Source: an uncultured Bdellovibrionales bacterium
GTDB lineage: Bacteria > Patescibacteriota > Minisyncoccia > Moranbacterales > UBA2206
DNA length: 64,000 nucleotides
Direction: 5' to 3'
Assembly: GCA_964538685.1 (NCBI GenBank)
Contig: CAZIFD010000001.1
Coordinates: forward strand, 116,295 to 180,294
In this document: piece by piece, positions 1-8,703 of the stretch
How positions within the stretch are numbered: the first letter of the stretch is position 1
How the letters are laid out: each line of letters starts with the position of its first letter
Notes under the pieces: generated by a model
Told to the model about the DNA's origin: nothing
The model's input: only the letters and a program-made list of their open reading frames with translations
The model's database searches: none
Translations under genes and position numbers: made by a program

Positions 1-49
1 TTATTTTAGGAATTGGTATAATGATCGGGCTGAAGTTTTTGGAATAGTT

Positions 50-1142
50 ATGAAAGAAATTAAGGAAAAATTGGAAAACATAAAAAATAAACTCCCGATT
101 CTTCGGGACGGTCTTTGACTTGAATAAAAAGAAAAAAGAAAGCGGAGAATTGGAAAAAAAATCTCAAAAGGAAGGTTTTTGGGACGATTCCGAAAAAGCT
201 GGAAAAGTGATGCAAGATTTGGAATCTCTCAGGGAAGAAGTGGAAAGTTTTGAGAATATTGAGGCTAAATTTAGAGAGCTTTGGGAATTTTCAGAAATTG
301 CCGAGTCGGAAAAAGACTGGGATGATTTGAACAAGCAAATAGAAGTATTGGAGAAAAAAATAGCGGAAATAGATTTCAAGACTCTTTTTGGAGGGAAATA
401 CGACAGAAATGATGTTATTCTTTCGGTTAGAAGCGGAGCCGGAGGGGTTGATGCTCAAGATTGGTCAGAGATGGTTCTTCGGATGTATTTGCGTTTTGCT
501 GAAAAAAATAATTTCAAATCCAGAATATTAGAAGAATCTCGGGGCCAAGAAGCCGGAATTAAAAGCGCTACAATTGAAATTGGCGGACCTTATGCGTATG
601 GAAAACTTAAGAGTGAAGCCGGAGTGCATCGTCTGGTGCGACTCTCGCCTTTTAACTCCGATAATCTTCGCCAAACTTCTTTTTCTTTAGTAGAAGTTTT
701 GCCGGTGATTCAAGAAATGGTTGAAGTTCCAATTTCTGAAAAAGATTTGCGAATTGATGTTTTTCGTTCCGGAGGAGCGGGCGGACAAAGCGTAAACACG
801 ACTGACAGTGCGGTGCGAATCACTCATCTTCCTACCGGAATTCAGGCTACTTGCCAAAACGAAAGAAGTCAATTGCAGAACAAGGAACAGGCGATGAAAA
901 TACTTAAAGCTAAATTACACAAGAAAAAACTGGAAGAATTGGAAAAAGAAAAAAACAAATTGCGAGGAGAGCAAGTTTCGGCTGAATGGGGGAGTCAGAT
1001 TAGATCTTATGTGTTGCATCCCTATAAACAAGTGAAAGATCACCGAACTAAGGTAGAATCCGGTGATCCGGAAGCGGTGTTGAGCGGAAATTTGGAAAAA
1101 TTCATTGAAGCATTTTTGAGAAGCGACAAAAGTATATTATAA
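50..1142 (+). CDS. prfB: Peptide chain release factor 2, made by +1 programmed frameshift. ORF0 is 50-115 and ends at in-frame TGA 116-118; slippage at CTT TGA C continues in the 117..1142 frame.
   Basis: ATG at 50 gives MKEIKEKLENIKNKLPILRDGL then CTT-TGA-C (113-119), the canonical RF2 shift site. The downstream frame carries the SPF motif (RLSPFNS) and GGQ (SGGAGGQSVNTTDSAVRITHLPTG). The ORF-table TTG start at 120 is in the shifted frame. Confidence 0.85.
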
Positions 1143-1214
1143 TATAACGAGTGGTGCTTAATGATTACCAAAAAGTAAAAAGGCGATCAGCTGTCCAGAT
1201 TAAAATAAAATAAA

Positions 1215-1895
1215 ATGATAAAATTAGATAAAGTTTCCAAAATTTACAAAGGTGAATTTACTGCTTTAGAAGAAATAGATTTGGAAATTAAGGATGGAGA
1301 ATTCATATCCATAGTTGGTCCCAGTGGAGCTGGAAAATCAACTATTTTGAAATTAATTTATGCCGAGGAAATGCCGACAGCAGGTTCGGTGGTTTTTGAT
1401 GGAGTCAACTTGGATAGTTTGAGCAAAAGAAAATTACCGCTTCACAGGAGAAACATTGGAACAGTTTTTCAGGATTTCAAATTACTGAACAGAAAAACGG
1501 TTTTTGAAAATGTGGCCTATGCTTTGGAGGTGGCAGGATCTTCCAACGAAGATATTTTGGAAAATGTTCCTCAGATTTTGGATATTGTCGGTCTTAGCGA
1601 CAAAATGGAGAAATACCCCTTGGAACTTTCTGGAGGCGAACAGCAACGGGTAGTTTTGGCCAGGGCTTTGATTCACAGACCCAAAGTAATTGTGGCGGAT
1701 GAGCCGACCGGAAATTTGGATCCGGCTTCTTCAATGGAAATTTTGAAATTACTTTTGGGAATCAATAAATTTGGAACAACAGTTATTCTGGCGAGTCATG
1801 ACAAGGATGTGGTCAATAAAGCTGGGAAAAGAGTGATTGTGGTGGAAAAAGGAAAAATAGTTGCTGATGATGCCAAGGGAAAGTATAAGCTATAA
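1215..1895 (+). CDS. ftsE: Cell division ATP-binding protein FtsE
   Basis: Walker A GPSGAGKST, ABC signature LSGGEQQR, Walker B VIVADEPTG. About 226 aa, directly upstream of ftsX. Confidence 0.85.
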   Translation: MIKLDKVSKIYKGEFTALEEIDLEIKDGEFISIVGPSGAGKSTILKLIYAEEMPTAGSVVFDGVNLDSLSKRKLPLHRRNIGTVFQDFKLLNRKTVFENVAYALEVAGSSNEDILENVPQILDIVGLSDKMEKYPLELSGGEQQRVVLARALIHRPKVIVADEPTGNLDPASSMEILKLLLGINKFGTTVILASHDKDVVNKAGKRVIVVEKGKIVADDAKGKYKL

Positions 1896-1923
1896 GTCTT
1901 TATAAGAAATTAAAAACAAAAAA

Positions 1924-2832
1924 ATGTTAGTTTTGATTTCCAGAACTCTTAAACAAGGTTTTCAAAATGTGTGGCGGAACGGTTGGCTTAGTCTGGCGTC
2001 AATTTCAGTTTTGTTATTTTCGCTTTTTCTTATTAGCATTCTTTTTACTGTTACTATGACTGCCAATCAACTCATTAAGGATGTGGAAGAAAAAGTTAAT
2101 GTGAGTGTCTATTTCAAATCAGATGTGACTGAAGAAAAAATAGATGAAGTCAAGCGGGATTTGCAAAGATTATCCGAAGTCAAATCGGTGGAATATATTT
2201 CCAAAGAAGAAGCTTTGGAAGAATTTAAAAAAAACAATGCCGGCGAGCCGGCCATTCTTGAATCATTGGAAGAAATCGGAGAAAATCCATTGCTTTCTTA
2301 TTTAATAATCAAGGGTAAAAGCTCGGACAAATATGAAGCTATCAATAGCTATATAAAGCAATCTAGCTATATGGAGGATGTCAGTAGAATTAATTATGAA
2401 AAAAACAAGGAAATAATCAACAAATTCAATGGAATTATTTCCCAAATCAGGAAAGTTGGAGTGATTTTGGGAACCATTTTCGCTTTAGTGGCAGTGCTTA
2501 TTACTTTCAATACTGTCAGAATTACAATCTATACTCACAAGCAAGAAATAGAAATTATGCGATTGGTTGGAGCTTCTAATTTTTTTATCCGATTGCCGTT
2601 TATTTTTGAAGGAATTTTCTATGGTATCACTGCTTCTTTAGTTTCAATGTTGTGCCTTTTCTTGGTCCTTCATTTCGGTGGTGGCTATGTGGCAGGAAAA
2701 ATTTTATCCGAAGGTTTAGTGTCGTTTTATGCTCAAAATTGGTTGGAACTTTTGGGTCTTCAAATTTTTCTGGGTTCATTTTTGGGAATAGTGGGCAGTA
2801 TAATTGCTATGCGAAAATATTTGAAAGTTTGA
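1924..2832 (+). CDS. ftsX: Cell division permease FtsX
   Basis: N-terminal TM helix, large extracytoplasmic loop, three C-terminal TM helices. Adjacent to ftsE. Confidence 0.8.
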   Translation: MLVLISRTLKQGFQNVWRNGWLSLASISVLLFSLFLISILFTVTMTANQLIKDVEEKVNVSVYFKSDVTEEKIDEVKRDLQRLSEVKSVEYISKEEALEEFKKNNAGEPAILESLEEIGENPLLSYLIIKGKSSDKYEAINSYIKQSSYMEDVSRINYEKNKEIINKFNGIISQIRKVGVILGTIFALVAVLITFNTVRITIYTHKQEIEIMRLVGASNFFIRLPFIFEGIFYGITASLVSMLCLFLVLHFGGGYVAGKILSEGLVSFYAQNWLELLGLQIFLGSFLGIVGSIIAMRKYLKV

Positions 2833-2993
2833 TTTTTCTTTAGATTTTTTTAAACTTATTTTTAGATTTTTTTGTTTGACAAAGCTATAATTTTCTTGTA
2901 GGGTGAATTGGGTTTGAGAAAAAATTCCAGACAAGAATAATCTCAAATCCATTGAAGGGGCGATTAAATTTTTCGCAGTTTCTTCTCGCTAAT

Positions 2994-3065
2994 TGGGGAA
3001 TAGCCAAGTGGTAAGGCACATGGTTCTGGTCCATGCATTCGGGGGTCCGAATCCCTCTTCCCCAA
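2994..3065 (+). tRNA. tRNA-Gln (anticodon CTG)
   Basis: Manual fold: acceptor TGGGGAA/TTCCCCA (U1-A72, typical of tRNA-Gln), D-arm GCC-AAGTGGTAA-GGC, anticodon stem CATGG/CCATG with loop TTCTGGT, T-arm GGGGG-TCCGAAT-CCCTC, discriminator A. CCA is not encoded. Closely resembles E. coli tRNA-Gln. Confidence 0.8.
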
Positions 3066-3287
3066 CAAGATTTTATTTAATTTCGTACAAAGATTATTTT
3101 TTGCTTTTTAATTTCAAATGTGTTTATAATACAAAGGTAATGGAGGCAAATTAAGTTTAAAAGGAGAAAAAGGAGATTTGATTTGAGAAAAAAAAGAGTC
3201 AAGTATCATTTATCGCGAAAGGTTTTGGGGCAGAAAAAGTCCCAAAAGTCCGGTATCCGGAACCGCTTAAAGCGGTTCTGGTAGTCT

Positions 3288-3318
3288 TTTGTAATGAGGG
3301 GGGTCTTATGGCCCCCCT
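3288..3318 (+). terminator. GC hairpin plus T-run (GAGGGGGGTCTTATGGCCCCCCTGTTTTTT), intrinsic terminator-like
   Basis: 7-8 bp G/C stem followed by T6. Lies between tRNA-Gln and the convergent gene ending at 3372. A second hairpin CCGGAACCGCTTAAAGCGGTTCTGG sits just upstream (3246-3270). Confidence 0.4.
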
Positions 3319-3371
3319 GTTTTTTGATGAAAAAGTAAGTTTTTTTATTTTGGATAATTTTACCTTACTCC

Positions 3372-4856
3372 CTAAAATCCTAGAAGAGTTGTTTTTTCGG
3401 GAAAATCAATAGAATAGAAACCCCATTGGTTTTCTGTTCGGTCGGTGAAGAAAAGTTTTTCCAAATAAGCGTCATAGACCAAAAATGGACTCTGTGATTC
3501 GGTTTGAATCAGATCCATGCAATTTCTATGGTCCCGAGAATCCAATTCAATTATTTTGGAATAGTTTCCAACATTGAAAATAATGTGTTCATAATCGCTC
3601 CACCATTGAACATTCTTTATTTTTTCAATATAGCGAGTGATATTCTTGGTTTCGTTTTCATTGCGAAAAGGTTGCACTGTCCAATCGCGAACAAAATAAA
3701 CGGAAATTTCATTATCGGTCCAAAAAAGCAATTTTTTTCCGTCATCTGAAAAACGCATATCGGAAATGTTTTCTCCGATTTTTCGGAAATAAACAGAGTG
3801 TTCGCCTTGGTTAAAAATGAAAAGATTTTTCTTTTGGTCAAGAAAAACCATTCGGTCTCGGTCATAAATAATTAATTTGGTTATTTCATTTTCCAGTCCA
3901 TCTGGCAAAGAATTGGTAATTTGGATTTTGTCGCTTTTTCCGTCCAAAGCGCTTTTGTGAATCATTTTATTGGAAAATTGGGCATAAAAAATAGCGTCTT
4001 GAGAAACATCAAAGGCGGAAACATCATCCGAGATTAAAAATAAATCGTTTTTATCTTGAATGTTGGCCCGATAAAGATTTTTATTGTTTAAGAAAAACAA
4101 ATAGTTTTTGTTTTGAGGATCCCAGCGGACATTTCTCAGGGAATCAATTCCCAGAAATTCATTGAGAGAAAAGGATTCCCGAGTGTTTAGATTAGCAATA
4201 AAATAATTTGTTTCTTTGTCATCTTTGTTGTCGTTGTCGTCGGTAGTTTTCTTTTCCAGGGGAATAGAAAGATAGGTATTTTTAACCGGAGACCATTCAA
4301 TGTTTTCTTCCTTTGAATCGGGAATAAGTTGGTAATCCGGAAAAGAAAATGAATTTTCCAAAGAATTGTTTTTGATATTAAAGATCCCGACAGAGAAAGA
4401 GTCGTTTTCTTTTTGGGAAAGTGCTATCAGTGAATTGTCGGGAGAAATAAAAAATTTTTCTGAATTCTTAATATTATAAGTTGTTTTTTCATAACTTTCC
4501 CTAACCAGAACAACATTCCAAAACTCACTAGCCAATCCGGAATGAACAGGAGTTTTTTTGCGCCAAGATTGAAATCCGGGAGCACTTACGGTAATTTCAT
4601 AATCATCCGGAATGAGGCCGGAAAGATTAAAAGAGTTGTTAATTCTATCCAGTTTTTTGGAATCGTTTATTTCTCCGTTGAGAGTGACTGTGATGTCCTG
4701 AGGATTGGATTTAATGTTGATTGTTCCACTATAAACAAAAACACCTCGGTTAAGATCAAAACGATAACCGCGAGCCCGAAAAACAATCATAGGCGCGGTT
4801 ATCAAAAAAAGTAAAACCAGAGACCAGAAAAAAATAGTTCGTTTGAGTTTGCTCAT
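3372..4856 (-). CDS. Membrane-anchored hypothetical protein: N-terminal TM, PEGA-like beta-sandwich, beta-propeller-like repeats
   Basis: Long ORF of 494 aa. N-terminal hydrophobic helix, a PEGA-like segment (ITVTLNGE...YEITVSAPGF), then repetitive D/N/S-rich strand-like blocks. No catalytic motif recognised. Confidence 0.5.
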   Translation of the reverse strand: MSKLKRTIFFWSLVLLFLITAPMIVFRARGYRFDLNRGVFVYSGTINIKSNPQDITVTLNGEINDSKKLDRINNSFNLSGLIPDDYEITVSAPGFQSWRKKTPVHSGLASEFWNVVLVRESYEKTTYNIKNSEKFFISPDNSLIALSQKENDSFSVGIFNIKNNSLENSFSFPDYQLIPDSKEENIEWSPVKNTYLSIPLEKKTTDDNDNKDDKETNYFIANLNTRESFSLNEFLGIDSLRNVRWDPQNKNYLFFLNNKNLYRANIQDKNDLFLISDDVSAFDVSQDAIFYAQFSNKMIHKSALDGKSDKIQITNSLPDGLENEITKLIIYDRDRMVFLDQKKNLFIFNQGEHSVYFRKIGENISDMRFSDDGKKLLFWTDNEISVYFVRDWTVQPFRNENETKNITRYIEKIKNVQWWSDYEHIIFNVGNYSKIIELDSRDHRNCMDLIQTESQSPFLVYDAYLEKLFFTDRTENQWGFYSIDFPEKTTLLGF

Positions 4857-4984
4857 ATCAATTCATATCATAACCCCTTGGAGTCTTTCTGGCAAGGCGA
4901 CCATTTGACAAAACGCAAAAAATGTGCTATTGTTCTGGGTTAGTGCCGAGTCAGTGTCAAGTTTTATCTTTGGTAAAAATCTTG

Positions 4985-5013
4985 TTGACATATCATCAAG
5001 CAAGGTTTATAAT
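4985..5013 (+). promoter_or_regulatory. Perfect consensus sigma70 promoter (TTGACA-17-TATAAT) for rplU
   Basis: TTGACA 4985-4990, 17-nt spacer, TATAAT 5008-5013, about 30 nt upstream of the rplU start. Confidence 0.55.
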
Positions 5014-5043
5014 AGCCAATGTTAACTATTGAAACTATTTTTT

Positions 5044-5352
5044 ATGTTGGCAATCATCAAGACCGGAGGAAAGCAATATAAGGTCAAAGAGGGAGATAAA
5101 ATTAAAGTGGAAAAATTGGAAGGAGAAGAAGGAAGCATTGTTTCTTTTTCCGAAGTCTTATTTTTGGGAGACGAAAAAGAGGTTAAGGTTGGCGCTCCCG
5201 TTGTTTCCGGTGCTAAGGTGGAAGGAAAAATTATCAAAACCTTTCAAGATAAAAAAGTGACCGGAATTAAACACAAAGCCAAAAAAAGATATAAAGTAAA
5301 ATTCGGACATCGACAAATCGTGAGTGAAGTGGAAATTATCAAGGTAGCTTAA
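5044..5352 (+). CDS. rplU: 50S ribosomal protein L21
   Basis: MLAIIKTGGKQYKVKEGDKIKVEKL matches the L21 N-terminus. Start taken at the ATG at 5044 rather than the table's 5029. Confidence 0.85.
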   Translation: MLAIIKTGGKQYKVKEGDKIKVEKLEGEEGSIVSFSEVLFLGDEKEVKVGAPVVSGAKVEGKIIKTFQDKKVTGIKHKAKKRYKVKFGHRQIVSEVEIIKVA

Positions 5353-5355
5353 GGA

Positions 5356-5380
5356 AACGCCCCATGGGGCGTTTTTTTTG
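5356..5380 (+). terminator. Intrinsic terminator AACGCCCCATGGGGCGTTTTTTTT
   Basis: Perfect GC palindrome plus T8, immediately after the rplU stop. Confidence 0.6.
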
Positions 5381-5389
5381 TGATATAAT
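5381..5389 (+). promoter_or_regulatory. Extended -10 element (TGaTATAAT) upstream of the DUF378 gene
   Basis: TG-n-TATAAT motif about 70 nt upstream of the ATG at 5462. A strong SD (AAGGAGGTGGGG) precedes the start. Confidence 0.3.
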
Positions 5390-5461
5390 AGAATCGTGCA
5401 CAAGTTTCTGAAAATCTTATTTTGAAGTATCCGGAAAAAATAAGAAAGGAGGTGGGGAATT

Positions 5462-5668
5462 ATGAACAAATTAAAAACCTTAGACTGGATTGCTATTATT
5501 TTGGTAATTGTGGGTGGTTTGAATTGGGGATTGGTTGGACTTTTTAATTTTGATTTAGTCAAGGCGGTTTTGGGTGAAATGTCCTTTTTGTCCAGAACAG
5601 TGTATGTGTTGGTGGGGCTTTCTTCCGTTTATCTTGTTTTTGTTTCAGCTAAACTGAGAAAGGAATAG
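5462..5668 (+). CDS. DUF378-family small membrane protein
   Basis: 68 aa with two TM helices. DWIAIILVIVGGLNWGLVGLF fits the DUF378 (YuzA-like) pattern. Strong RBS. Confidence 0.6.
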   Translation: MNKLKTLDWIAIILVIVGGLNWGLVGLFNFDLVKAVLGEMSFLSRTVYVLVGLSSVYLVFVSAKLRKE

Positions 5669-5758
5669 TGATTTTTTGTTGTTCAAAAGGAGCTAGGGAT
5701 TTAGCATTTTGCCAAATCCCTAGCTTCAGCTTCGCACAGTTTATTATTAAAAAAACAG

Positions 5759-6106
5759 ATGAAAGAAGGAGGAGAAAATTTTTTTGAAGTATTGACACCG
5801 GAGCAATTGACAGATGTTAAGAATACATTTGAATTTATGAAGAAAGAGGGCGCAGATTTTCATTTTAAATCAATTAATCCTGATGAATTGGCCGACTGGA
5901 TGATTTTTAAAAAGTTTCTGGATGGCAAGCTTGAATTGTTTGAACTTGAAGAAGTAGAAAAGCAATATAGGGAAAGAAGACAAGTGAATGAGGGTGTCAA
6001 AGAGAAAGATTACGAAAATAATTCCCGGATGAATTTTTTTGGTTTGATACGAAACCTGATGACCGCTAAAAGTTTGAGTCAGCAGTTGGAGGAGCTAAAA
6101 AAATAA
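5759..6106 (+). CDS. Hypothetical protein
   Basis: 115-aa ORF in coding-like context. No recognisable motif. Confidence 0.4.
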   Translation: MKEGGENFFEVLTPEQLTDVKNTFEFMKKEGADFHFKSINPDELADWMIFKKFLDGKLELFELEEVEKQYRERRQVNEGVKEKDYENNSRMNFFGLIRNLMTAKSLSQQLEELKK

Positions 6107-6214
6107 AAACAATCGTAAGTCCGATTCTAAACAATAACTGGATGGCATCTCTAGGGGTTGCTTTTTTGTTGTTTTTAATATATAATTTAAACCCTTAATT
6201 GTTATTTATGAAAT

Positions 6215-7171
6215 ATGCTTACTGATGAAGTAAAAATTAGAACTATCGCCGGCAAAGGAGGAGATGGCGCGGTAGCTTTTGATAAAATTAAAATGGCCTT
6301 GGGACCGACCGGTGGTCGGGGCGGAAATGGCGGGAATGTCTATTTTGAAGGCGTATCCGATCTTTTGGTTTTGCGAAGATATACCAGCAAAAAAGAACAT
6401 TGGGCTGAAGATGGAAAAAGAGGTGGTGCCAACAAGTTGGACGGAAAGAATGGAGAAGATTTGGTTTTGGCTGTGCCGGTCGGATCATTGGTTAGAAATG
6501 AAGCTACGGAAGAGCAATTTGACATAACCGAAGTCGGTCAAAAAATCTTGGTGGCTAAGGGAGGAATCGGAGGCAGAGGTAATTTTCTTTTCCGATCGTC
6601 AACCAATACCAGTCCGGAAGAATTTGAAGAAGGCAAGGCGGGAGAAGATTTTTATTTTTCCATTGAATTACGACTGATTGCTGATGCGGGCTTGATTGGT
6701 CTTCCAAGCGCCGGAAAATCCAGTTTATTAAACGAACTTACCAAAGCTAACGCCAAAACAGGAGCTTATCATTTTACTACTCTTGAGCCTAATTTGGGAG
6801 TGACGCAAGGCGGACTGATTTTAGCGGATATTCCCGGCTTAATTGAAGGCGCTTCAGCTGGTAGAGGATTGGGAATTAAATTTTTGCGTCATATTCAAAG
6901 GACTAAGGTTTTAGTGCATTGCCTTTCTTTGGAATCGGAAGATTTGCAAAAAGATTACGAAACAATCAGAAAAGAATTGGGCGATTATGATCAAGCGCTT
7001 CTCAAAAAAGAAGAGATAATTTTTCTCACCAAGCATGATTTGGTGAGTGAAGAAATGAAAAAAGAAAAATTGGAAGAGTGGAAAAAGATAAATCCGGAAA
7101 CTTTTCTAGTTTCCATTCATGATTGGAATTCAATAAAGGAAGCGGAAAAAATTTTAGAAAAATTAATTTAA
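6215..7171 (+). CDS. obg: GTPase Obg
   Basis: Gly-rich Obg fold N-terminus (GGDGAVAF, GGRGGNGGNVYF), G1 GLPSAGKSSLL, DIPGLIEGA, TKHD (NKxD-like). Confidence 0.85.
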   Translation: MLTDEVKIRTIAGKGGDGAVAFDKIKMALGPTGGRGGNGGNVYFEGVSDLLVLRRYTSKKEHWAEDGKRGGANKLDGKNGEDLVLAVPVGSLVRNEATEEQFDITEVGQKILVAKGGIGGRGNFLFRSSTNTSPEEFEEGKAGEDFYFSIELRLIADAGLIGLPSAGKSSLLNELTKANAKTGAYHFTTLEPNLGVTQGGLILADIPGLIEGASAGRGLGIKFLRHIQRTKVLVHCLSLESEDLQKDYETIRKELGDYDQALLKKEEIIFLTKHDLVSEEMKKEKLEEWKKINPETFLVSIHDWNSIKEAEKILEKLI

Positions 7172-7181
7172 AAAATAAAAT

Positions 7182-7880
7182 TTGATGTATTGGATATTTT
7201 TTATACTATTTGTTGTGGGTGTTTTGGCTCCGGATATCATAAGAGATGATGCCGGTTTTTTAGCTGAAGAAAGAGCTGAAGAGCTGGTAATTTTTCTTTT
7301 AGGTTCTTTGGGATTTTTGATATTTCTTTTTAAAGAAAAACAGTTGATGACTGAAAAGCGGGAAAAAGAAAAAAATCAAAAACAATTAAATGAAACCGGA
7401 AAAGATCTAATGGAATCCTACAGTTATATCGGGGAAGTAAACAGAAAAATTGATATGGTCTTGGGAATCGTTTTGGGACTTTCGGAGGAAATGGATTTTT
7501 GTCGCAAAAAAGAAATGGAAGCCTATTCAACAATCGCCAATGCTTCCAAATTGCTTCTCAAGGGAGAAAATGCTTCTTTGGTTATTTTTGACAAAAAGAA
7601 AGCGGATATAAAAGAAAATTTTAATACTGACAAACAAGAAAGTAAAATTAAAAAAGATGATCTTTTGGAAATTGGTGGAATTATAAATATCAAAAAAAGT
7701 AAAAAATATATTATCGTTTCTTCCCCTAATGAAATAAACGGCATACGAAGCTACATAAAAATAGAAGAATATTCGGAAGAAGAAGAAAAGAAACCCAAGA
7801 ATATAGAAATTCTAAAAGTATTTGCTTCTCAGGCTTTGTTTGTTTATTCTTTTGCTAAAAAAAATAAAAAAGCTTGCTGA
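7182..7880 (+). CDS. Hypothetical membrane protein
   Basis: 232 aa. Two N-terminal TM helices, then a charged Lys/Glu-rich region. Confidence 0.45.
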   Translation: MMYWIFFILFVVGVLAPDIIRDDAGFLAEERAEELVIFLLGSLGFLIFLFKEKQLMTEKREKEKNQKQLNETGKDLMESYSYIGEVNRKIDMVLGIVLGLSEEMDFCRKKEMEAYSTIANASKLLLKGENASLVIFDKKKADIKENFNTDKQESKIKKDDLLEIGGIINIKKSKKYIIVSSPNEINGIRSYIKIEEYSEEEEKKPKNIEILKVFASQALFVYSFAKKNKKAC

Positions 7881-7883
7881 TTT

Positions 7884-8699
7884 TTATTGGGCGGAAACCG
7901 AAAGTCCTTTTTCTTTGAGAGCGGAAAATCCCTCAGTGCTGGCAAAAACATTAAAAATATTGAGGTCAAAAAGTTTGACCGCTCCTTGAAAGGAATGTAA
8001 TCCATTATTGTTGTCATAAAGAACAATTTCTTTTGACCGAGGAAGGTCTTTTTTTCTGGTTTCTAGCTCCTGAAAAGGGATATTGATAGCTTTTTCTAGA
8101 TGTTCTTTGGAAAATTCTTCCGAACTTCTCAGATCTACCAAATACAAATCCGGATTGGTTTCAATTTTTGATTTTAGTTCCTCGGTTTCAAGATAACTGA
8201 CTTTGGATTGATCAATGACGGAATTAGGATCTCCAACGGAAACAGTCGGATAATTTGATTTTTTCCATTTGGCAAATCCGCCATCAAGATAAAAAATATT
8301 TTTATAGCCGTTTTCAATTAATTGGGCGGCGAGGTTTCTGGCTTGCCCACTTGATCCGTCATCCAAAAGAACATAAAAATTATTTTTTTCCAGAGCTGAC
8401 AGTTGAGCGTTAGTTAAAAGATTTTCTGAATTGGCCAGATGTTCTTTTTCAAATTCGGTTGTTTCTCGGATGTCTATTAAACTGACGGTTTCTCGGGAAG
8501 TTATTTTTTTAAAAAGATTTTCTGCTGTTATTTTAGGTGCCTCTTTTTCGGTGGTATCAGTTTTTTCCTTAGCGGAATTTTCTTTTTGGGAAGATTTTTG
8601 AAGGGCCGGTTTGAGAAAAGTTAAAAAGGAAATTAAAAGAATTAGCAAAGCGCCGATAGTAAAAGCGACGAGTTGGGTGTTTTTTGTTTTTGTTGGCAT
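7884..8699 (-). CDS. Membrane-anchored tandem rhodanese-domain protein; both active-site Cys positions are Asp
   Basis: N-terminal TM, then two rhodanese-like blocks (LIDIRETTEFEKEHL...YVLLDDGSSG and YLVDLRSSEEFSKEHL...IVLYDNNNG). Asp replaces the catalytic Cys in both. Confidence 0.7.
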   Translation of the reverse strand: MPTKTKNTQLVAFTIGALLILLISFLTFLKPALQKSSQKENSAKEKTDTTEKEAPKITAENLFKKITSRETVSLIDIRETTEFEKEHLANSENLLTNAQLSALEKNNFYVLLDDGSSGQARNLAAQLIENGYKNIFYLDGGFAKWKKSNYPTVSVGDPNSVIDQSKVSYLETEELKSKIETNPDLYLVDLRSSEEFSKEHLEKAINIPFQELETRKKDLPRSKEIVLYDNNNGLHSFQGAVKLFDLNIFNVFASTEGFSALKEKGLSVSAQ

Positions 8700-8703
8700 T
8701 TGT

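Noticed and set aside
120-1142. ORF-table call of prfB starting at TTG 120
   Set aside because: The TTG lies in the post-frameshift frame. The true start is ATG 50, with +1 slippage at CTT-TGA-C.
2652-2843. 63-aa plus-strand ORF overlapping the ftsX C-terminus in another frame
   Set aside because: Same strand, alternate frame, inside the ftsX TM region. No support.
5029-5352. rplU starting at ATG 5029 (MKLFFMLAIIK...)
   Set aside because: L21 proteins begin at the M-x-A-[IV]-[IF]-K-T-G-G-K-Q motif. The ATG at 5044 is also correctly spaced from the consensus promoter.
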